From assembly GCF_006345805.1 (NCBI RefSeq), contig NW_021829980.1:1-5707 (forward strand): DNA of 5,707 nt, read 5' to 3'. The notes under the pieces are model-generated. The model had not been told where the DNA came from and ran no database searches. It worked only from the letters and a program-made list of their open reading frames with translations. Numbering within the stretch: the first letter of the stretch is position 1; the number at the start of each line of letters is the position of its first letter. This document shows, one piece after another, positions 1 through 5,707 of this stretch. Source of the DNA: Octopus sinensis. Lineage: Eukaryota. The position numbers and the translations under genes are program-made.

Positions 1-21
1 TTTCTATAAAATTATTCAAAA

Positions 22-233
22 ATAGAAAAAAAGCGACTTTTTGATGTAAATAATTTTTGGTCTTAACATGGTCCGATTTGAATTTTATCTTCTACAGAAG
101 GAAGAGCCACCCTTCTTCTATCATACTCTCAATTTTGGTCAATTTGCGCCGCAGGGCCTCGGAGGAGATAGTGTTAGTTGAAGGCTACCAAACCTGCCAT
201 ACACAGACAACTTCAGCTTTATATATAGAGAGA
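22..233 (-). mobile_element. Truncated second copy of the same Helitron (5' portion only; hairpin/CTAG end missing)
   Basis: Matches 752-963, including the terminus ...CTTTATATATAGAGAGA|T. Homology is lost left of position 22. Confidence 0.75.
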
Positions 234-427
234 TGTATCTTCATAAACAGCCTGTTTATGACTTTCACCCCTTGCTTGTCCGAAGCATTTTCAAACGTTT
301 GTCCTAAACGTCCATGTTGTTTTTCAGACGTTTAGTTAGCGCTTATGTCATCCGTTCTGAGTGATATAAAAGCTTTCGTTTCATAAATATTGAGTTATTG
401 TAGCGATTGAAAAGAGATTGGGAATGT
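22..427 (+). repeat. Direct repeat copy 1 of a 406-bp duplication (partner 752-1157)
   Basis: Colinear with 752-1157 at a constant offset of 730, from ATAGAAAAAAAGCGAC to GGGAATGT. About 24 mismatches by hand count (about 94% identity). Confidence 0.97.
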
Positions 428-564
428 CTGTCGTTAATGATGCATGGACGCCAGAGAAATAGGTCTTGCGTATCACAAGTCTTACAGAAGACAGGCGAAA
501 AGTTAAGCATTTCTGTCTGAAGAGATAGTTATAGTGTGACATTGGTGAACAATTTTATAGAAAA

Positions 565-963
565 CTAGCAGTATCCCCCGGCGTTGCTCAGGTTTGTTTT
601 CTTTTCGACCCTTTAGAATTGGAATTTTTGAAAAGTAAAACTTTTGCATTATGTAGCTTGTTACTCTCTTTAAGTGAACATTTTTCTGGTTGAAAATACA
701 CCGAAAAATGGCGACACAGCAGTCAAAAAAACCTAAAAAATAGGGATTTTCATAGAAAAAAAGCGACTTTTTGATGTAAATAATTTTTGGTGTTAACATG
801 GTCCGATTCGAATTTTATCTTCTACGGAATGAAGAGCAAGCCTTCTTCTATCATACTCTCAATTTTGGTCAACTTGCGCCGCAGGGTCTCGGAGGAGATA
901 GTGTTAGTTGAAGGCTGCCAAACCTGCCACACACAGACAACTTCAGCTTTATATATAGAGAGA
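565..963 (-). mobile_element. Non-autonomous Helitron (rolling-circle transposon), apparently complete, 399 bp
   Basis: The minus strand reads A|TCTCTCTATATATAAAGC...CCTGAGCAACGCCGGG-GGATACTG-CTAG|T. It has a 5' TC start, a 3' CTAG end, an imperfect GC-rich hairpin (577-592) 8 nt before CTAG, insertion between A and T, and no TSD or TIR. These are the canonical Helitron hallmarks. No Rep/helicase coding sequence. Confidence 0.8.
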
Positions 964-1157
964 TGTATCTTCATAAACAGTCTCTTTATGACTTTAATCC
1001 CTTGCTTGTCCGAAGCATTTTCAAACGTTTGTCCTAAACGTCCATCTTAGTTTTTAGACTTTTAATTAGCGCTTACGTCATCCGTTCTGAGTGATATAAA
1101 AGCTTTCGTTTCATAAGTCTTGAGTTATTGTAGCGATTGAAAAGAGACTGGGAATGT
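752..1157 (+). repeat. Direct repeat copy 2 of the 406-bp duplication
   Basis: Partner of 22-427. Similarity stops abruptly after GGGAATGT (1157), just before SINE-like sequence begins. Confidence 0.97.
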
Positions 1158-1170
1158 GCATCAATATACG

Positions 1171-1260
1171 AAGTACACACAGTCGATCATCGATTAGTGG
1201 GGTCGATGTAATCGATTTAGTCCCTCACCCCTAAAACTGCTGGCTTTGTGCCAAAATTTG
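1171..1260 (+). mobile_element. SINE 3' fragment (same family as 1294-1459)
   Basis: GGGGTCGATGTAATCGA...CCC...AAAACTGCTGGCTTTGTGCCAAAATTTG aligns with 1393-1454. The left boundary is approximate; the firm match starts at about 1198. Confidence 0.7.
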
Positions 1261-1293
1261 GGATCAAAACTTAAAATCATTTCCGGTATGAAC

Positions 1294-1459
1294 CATTTCG
1301 TCTGTCTCCACGTTCCGAGTTCAAATCGAACCGAGGCCAGCCTTGCTTTTCATCTTTTCGGGGTCGATCAAAATGCGTACCATTTAGGCCCCGGGGTCAA
1401 TGTAACCGACTTACCCCCTCTCCGTCAAAACTGATGACTTTGTGCCAAACTCTGAAATC
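1294..1459 (+). mobile_element. tRNA-derived SINE, 5'-truncated (octopus-type)
   Basis: Pol III B-box-like GTTCAAATC at 1319-1327, then a GCTTTTCATCTTTTCGGGGTCGATCAAAATGCGTACC core resembling conserved metazoan SINE central domains. The 3' part is repeated at 1198-1260. No recognisable A-box. Family assignment is from memory. Confidence 0.75.
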
Positions 1460-1474
1460 TATGTAAAACCCTTT

Positions 1475-1876
1475 AGCATGAGGCCAGATGTGGTCCTGTG
1501 GTCCGAAAAGGCCAAGAAAATTATCGTAATTGAACTAAAATCCCGTGGGAAGAGGGGTTTTGATGTGGCCCATGAACGAAAGCGTACCAGGTGGGGGCGC
1601 CTTCTGCAGGATTGCAGGGATAAGGGATGGCAGGCATGGCTTTTCCCAGTCGAGGTAGGCTGTAGGGGATTCCCTGCCCCGCATGGAGGATTCTTATAGC
1701 AATTGGAATGAGAGATAAGGGGCGAAGGGTGGCTGTACGCAGGATGGGAGAGGCAGCTGAAAGAGCCTCTTGTTGGCTTTGGGGTAAGAGAGAAGAGTTA
1801 AGGTGGGAGCCAGGATCAGATGAGAAGCAGCGACTTGGCCATCTCTGCTGACCCACCAACGGGAAGGTGTTACGGT
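1475..1876 (+). mobile_element. 3' fragment of an RLE-type non-LTR retrotransposon (R2 superfamily, Hero-like)
   Basis: Encodes the endonuclease C-terminus described in the next feature, plus a short presumed 3' UTR. GC/purine content is clearly higher than in the flanks. Boundaries are approximate. Confidence 0.8.
1478..1851 (+). pseudogene. Frameshifted restriction-like endonuclease (PD-(D/E)xK) domain of a Hero/R2-type retrotransposon ORF
   Basis: MRPDVVLWSEKAKKIIVIELK, then PWEEG in a shifted frame (1543-1557), then FDVAHERKRT...CRDKGWQAWLFPVEVGCRGF, then from 1681 in another frame AWRILIAIGMRDKGRRVAVRRMGEAAERASCWLWGKREE...TGA (1849-1851). RPD, EL.VPWEE, EVGCRGF and EAAERAS.WLW are motifs typical of Hero-clade ORF ends. 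Confidence 0.85.
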
Positions 1877-1944
1877 TCGACTAAAGGCGGTGCTACAGCA
1901 TGGCTGCAGTCAAATGACTGAAACAAGTAAAAGAGTAAAGAAGT
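1875..1944 (+). mobile_element. Short retroposon 3' tail (SINE 3' end or extremely truncated LINE)
   Basis: GGCGGTGCTACAGCATGGCTGCAGTCAAATGACTGAAACAAGTAAAAGA (1886-1934) matches the reverse complement of 4546-4594 at 41/49 nt and ends in TAAAAGA-type tail repeats. Confidence 0.8.
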
Positions 1945-2256
1945 ATATATTGACAGTATTATAATCCCTTACAAAAACATTTTCTCCAAATTCTAAGCCC
2001 CCCAAATTAGGGGTTTCCTTATACACGTTAAAACACCTTAATCGTGGATTATCTCATAGCTTTGCGATGTCTATCGTATCCTTGTCTATCTTTTGCATGG
2101 CGTTGTAGAGTAGGTGTAAGATGCCAGATGCGGTCAGTTTCACTATAAAACAGAGAGGGTATTTGGGTGTGATGTGGTCGGTTTGAACATTAGGTTAACA
2201 TGCTACTACAATTTAAGGTGTTATATTTGCTTCGAGATCCTGTTCCAAAAGGGCAA

Positions 2257-2310
2257 TCTCTCTCTCTGTATCAATCTCGCTCGCTCTCTCTCTCTCTCTC
2301 TCAGTCCCTT

Positions 2311-2345
<35 letters not shown>

Positions 2346-2346
2346 A
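2257..2346. repeat. Compound microsatellite (TC)n-(TA)n-(TG)n
   Basis: TC runs at 2257-2267 and 2284-2302, TA at 2311-2327, TG at 2327-2346. Confidence 0.95.
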
Positions 2347-2411
2347 TTGTATGTATTATATATATAGATTGATGTGTGTAAGTATGTATATATGTATTAC
2401 ATATATGTATA

Positions 2412-2455
<44 letters not shown>

Positions 2456-2620
2456 ATATGCATATATATATATATATATCATACATACAAACTACAATTT
2501 ACGTGTATATATGTATGCATATTATATGCATTTATATGTTTATATATATATATATATATATATACATAATATATACATATAATACATATATATATATATA
2601 TACATATATATAATATATAC
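2347..2620. repeat. Degenerate TA-rich microsatellite region
   Basis: Multiple (TA)n runs interrupted by TG/CA dinucleotides. Confidence 0.95.
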
Positions 2621-2626
2621 ATATGT

Positions 2627-2806
2627 AGGTATGTATATATATACATATGTATAGGTATGTATATATATACATATGTATAGGTATGTATATATATACATAT
2701 GTATAGGTATGTATATATATACATATGTATAGGTATGTATATACATACATATGTTTAGGTATGTATATACATACATACGTATAGGTATGTATATACATAT
2801 ATGTAT
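2627..2806. repeat. 26-bp minisatellite, about 7 units (AGGTATGTATATATATACATATGTAT)
   Basis: AGGT anchors at 2627, 2653, 2679, 2705, 2731, 2757 and 2783, an exact period of 26. Confidence 0.95.
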
Positions 2807-2858
2807 ATGTGTGTGTCAGACGTTCCTTTTTAGGAGAATGTGTTGGTGCTGTGTCCGC

Positions 2859-2868
2859 ATATACATAC

Positions 2869-2911
<43 letters not shown>
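2859..2911. repeat. (TA)n microsatellite
   Basis: Pure AT run at about 2871-2907 with CA-containing edges. Confidence 0.95.
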
Positions 2912-2912
<1 letters not shown>

Positions 2913-3105
2913 CCCACCAGACACACAAACACATGCGTTCTCGAGTCATCGATATATACGCACACGTGTATGTATAAGTGTGCGTATAATTACACGTTCC
3001 TCTCTGTGTGTGTGTAATTAAATATTTAATCATCAGATAATTACAGGCCAGTGTAGAAAACAAACAATACTCTGATTAGACAAAAAAAATTTAAATCACA
3101 TTGAG

Positions 3106-3167
3106 ACACACACACACACACACACACAAGCACACTAGGATTCACACACACACACACACACACACAC
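3106..3167. repeat. Two (CA)n microsatellites
   Basis: CA runs at about 3106-3128 and 3143-3167. Confidence 0.95.
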
Positions 3168-3263
3168 GATGTCGTAATGCTTCTTGGTCGTACTAGCTGA
3201 CACCTCAACACACGTATGCATACGTGTGTGAGTGAGTGAGTGCATATGTTTATGTTGTTGTGC

Positions 3264-3264
<1 letters not shown>

Positions 3265-3303
<39 letters not shown>

Positions 3304-3436
3304 GTATGTATGGATATGAGTGTATCCATATTTTTTAAATTTCACATATATATATATATTATAATATATATGTATGTATGTATGTATGTAATATAATATA
3401 TATATAATAATATATATATATTATATGTATGTATGA

Positions 3437-3475
<39 letters not shown>

Positions 3476-3699
3476 GTAATATATATATTATGTTATGTAT
3501 ATTATATATATAATGTATGTATGAATGTATATATGTATATATATATATATATGTATGTATGAATGTATATATATATATATATATATAATATATGTAATGT
3601 ATATATATATATATATGTATGTATATATATATATATATATATATATGAATGTATATATATATATATATATGTAATGTATATATATAATATGTATGTATA

Positions 3700-3730
<31 letters not shown>

Positions 3731-3837
3731 AATGTATTATATATATTATATGTATGTATATATATATATATATGTATGTATATATATATATAATGTATGT
3801 ATATTATATATATATATATATGTAGTATATATATATG

Positions 3838-3881
<44 letters not shown>

Positions 3882-4223
3882 ATCTAATAATATATATGTA
3901 TGTATGTATGTATGTATATATATATATATATATATAGGTATGTATGTATATATATTATATATATATGTATGTATGTAATATATATATATATATATGTATG
4001 TATTTAATATATATATATATGTATGTATGTGTATATATATATATAATATACTATATTATGTATGTATGTGATATATATTATATATATATGTATGTATGTA
4101 TGTATATATATATATGTATGTATGTATGTATATATATATATATAATATGTGATGTATGTATATATATATATATGTATGTTTGATGTATATATATATATAA
4201 TATATATATAGTATGTATGTATG

Positions 4224-4254
<31 letters not shown>

Positions 4255-4343
4255 GTATATTAATATATATATGTATGTAGTGTATATTATATATATATAT
4301 GTATGTATGTATGTATATATATATATATATGTATGTATGTATG

Positions 4344-4374
<31 letters not shown>

Positions 4375-4528
4375 ATATATATATATAATGTATGTATGTA
4401 TGTATGTATATATATAGATATGTATGTATGTATTATGTATATATATATATATGTTATGTATGTATATATTATATATAATATATATTTTATGTATGTATTA
4501 TATATATATATATGTATGTATGTATATA
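3265..4528. repeat. Long compound (TA)n/(TATG)n simple-repeat array, about 1.26 kb
   Basis: Alternating TA and TATG blocks with almost no C on the + strand after about 3346. It abuts the LINE tail. Confidence 0.97.
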
Positions 4529-5707
4529 TTCTTTTATTCTTTTATTCTTTTACTTGTTTCAGCCATCCGGCTGAGGCCATGCTGGGGCACCGCCCTTGTT
4601 GCTACCCTCTCTAAGTCCAGTTTGCCGTGGCTGGCCACTGATCTAAGAGAGAGTTTGTAGCTGCTGCCCTTAGGTTACCTTCGTACCTTGCAGTGGGTTC
4701 ATCTGGGATCCCGGAAAGCAGCTTGTCTAGATGTTTTTGAAAAAGTCCACATCGCATCATGTAGATCTCTTAGTTTTCTTGCAGTTTGTTGAAAAGCTGA
4801 GGGCCCCTGAACCCCAGGCTATTACAGTATCCTCCCTTACTCTGGATGTGGAAGACGGGACTTTGGCACCACACAGTGACGTCCTGTACGGGGATTGGAA
4901 CAGCTCTCAATTCCAAAATTTGGTGCTAGTCCCTCCAGGATTTTCCATATGTATATCACTGCATATCTCTCTCGTCTTCGTTCCAAGGAGTACAAATTGA
5001 GTTCCCTAGCCTCGCCAATAGTTCTTTTCTTCATGGTGGAAATCCTCTTGGTGAAATGTCTTTGGATGTCTCAAGCTCTGTGGTTAGTTTGACACTATGC
5101 GGTGACCACAGTTGGGAGCAGTAGTCCAGGCGGCTTAGGACAAATGTCCTCCATAGTGTCAACATGGTCTCGCAGTCTCTTGTCCGGAATGTCCTCAGGA
5201 TCAGCCAGTGAGTCGTCTGCACATTGTCGCCACCTTCGCGATGTGTGAAGAAAAAGATGCATCGTCACTCATGTCTATCCCCAGGTCCCGTATTGATTTC
5301 GATACTGGGATTTCGATCCCTCCTGGACCAGTTATAGTTGTGTTGTAATGTATATGTGTTTACAGCTTGATATTGTAAGGCTTGAAATTTACCAGCATTA
5401 AATTGCATGTTGTTGTCTTCAGCCCATTTGTAATGGCATCCAGATCTTGTTGTAAAAGGTCAGCATCAGCTGGGTTTTTTGATTGCCTGTGCTACCTTTG
5501 TGTCATCAGCATAGCTAGTGAGGGATGTTGTTTGTGTGCTACCAGGGCATGTCAGAGAGCGCCACCAAAAACAGCAAGGGTCCCAAGACTGTGCCCTGTG
5601 GCACCCCGCTTGCTATTGGTGTCTTTCCTGAGAGGGCTCCATTGGCTGCAACCATCTGGCTTCTGTCCTTCAGGAAGTCATGTATCCACTCACCTACTTT
5701 TCCTGTT
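4528..5707 (-). mobile_element. CR1-group LINE (CR1/Zenon-like), 3' part with intact 3' tail; continues beyond the window
   Basis: RT and C-terminal ORF2 motifs on the minus strand, followed directly by a stem-loop and (TAAAAGAA)n tail repeats at 4528-4552. The clade is inferred from the SLERRRERY and IPDEP...NSLLDQ C-terminal motifs. Confidence 0.9.
4559..5706 (-). pseudogene. LINE ORF2 reverse transcriptase (C-terminal half), multiply frameshifted
   Basis: Manual translation across frames: GKVGEWIHDFLKDRSQ..SGVPQGTVLGPLLFL (GVPQG 5593-5607); SYADDTKV (YADD 5502-5513); LQQDLDAI; WAEDNNMQFNAGKF; RDLGIDMS; ILRTFRTR; SRLDYCSQLWSP; IQRHFTKRI; LYSLERRRERY; GPQLFN; LDKLLSGIPDEP; AATNSLLDQ; possible end GGAPAWPQPDG-stop at 4561-4559. 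Confidence 0.92.

Noticed and set aside
57-1050. Paralogous-looking ORFs 57-335 and 787-1050, plus antisense ORF 503-799
   Set aside because: The similarity comes from the DNA duplication. The two plus-strand ORFs start at TTG, all three cross Helitron termini, and none has a recognisable domain.
1294-1335. tRNA gene
   Set aside because: Only a B-box-like motif is present, with no cloverleaf or A-box. It is better explained as a SINE head remnant.
1246-1434. 62-aa ORF
   Set aside because: It lies across two SINE fragments, has a non-ATG start and shows no protein motif.
1442-1699. Stand-alone PD-(D/E)xK nuclease paired with an RT as a novel defence or retron-like system
   Set aside because: The nuclease is a frameshifted end of a Hero/R2-type ORF, and the N-terminus of this ORF call lies in SINE sequence. 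The RT belongs to a different LINE clade on the opposite strand about 2.7 kb away.
1521-1859. 112-aa minus-strand ORF, and likewise plus-strand ORFs 4731-5000 and 4895-5092
   Set aside because: These are antisense shadows of retrotransposon coding sequence.
1945-2040. Possible decayed Tc1/mariner-type MITE (CCCCCAAATTAGGGGTTTCCTTATACACG)
   Set aside because: The resemblance is vague and from memory, and I could not find convincing paired TIRs or a TA TSD. A Dfam search would settle it.
2627-2806. CRISPR-like regular palindromic repeats
   Set aside because: The units are head-to-tail with no unique spacers, there are no cas genes, and the context is eukaryotic.
2174-4660. Numerous Y/I/M/C/V/H/T-rich ORFs
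   Set aside because: These are translations of TA/TG/CA simple repeats, which lack stop codons by composition.

Overview
Eukaryotic, repeat-dense, non-genic DNA, intronic or intergenic. The SINE motifs and long TA/TATG arrays resemble octopus (cephalopod) repeats, recalled from memory and not searched. No intact protein-coding gene, RNA gene or CRISPR array is present. In order: a 406-bp imperfect direct duplication (22-427 / 752-1157) overlapping a 399-bp non-autonomous Helitron (565-963, minus); two tRNA-type SINE fragments; a frameshifted C-terminal restriction-like-endonuclease fragment of a Hero/R2-superfamily non-LTR retrotransposon; a short retroposon 3' tail; about 2.2 kb of micro- and minisatellites; and the 3' part of a CR1-group LINE (RT with YADD, minus) running off the right edge. 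The best observations are a 3' tail shared by the LINE and the short element, with a compensatory stem-loop change, and a Helitron-associated duplication with a fold-back junction. I see no support for a novel multi-gene system.
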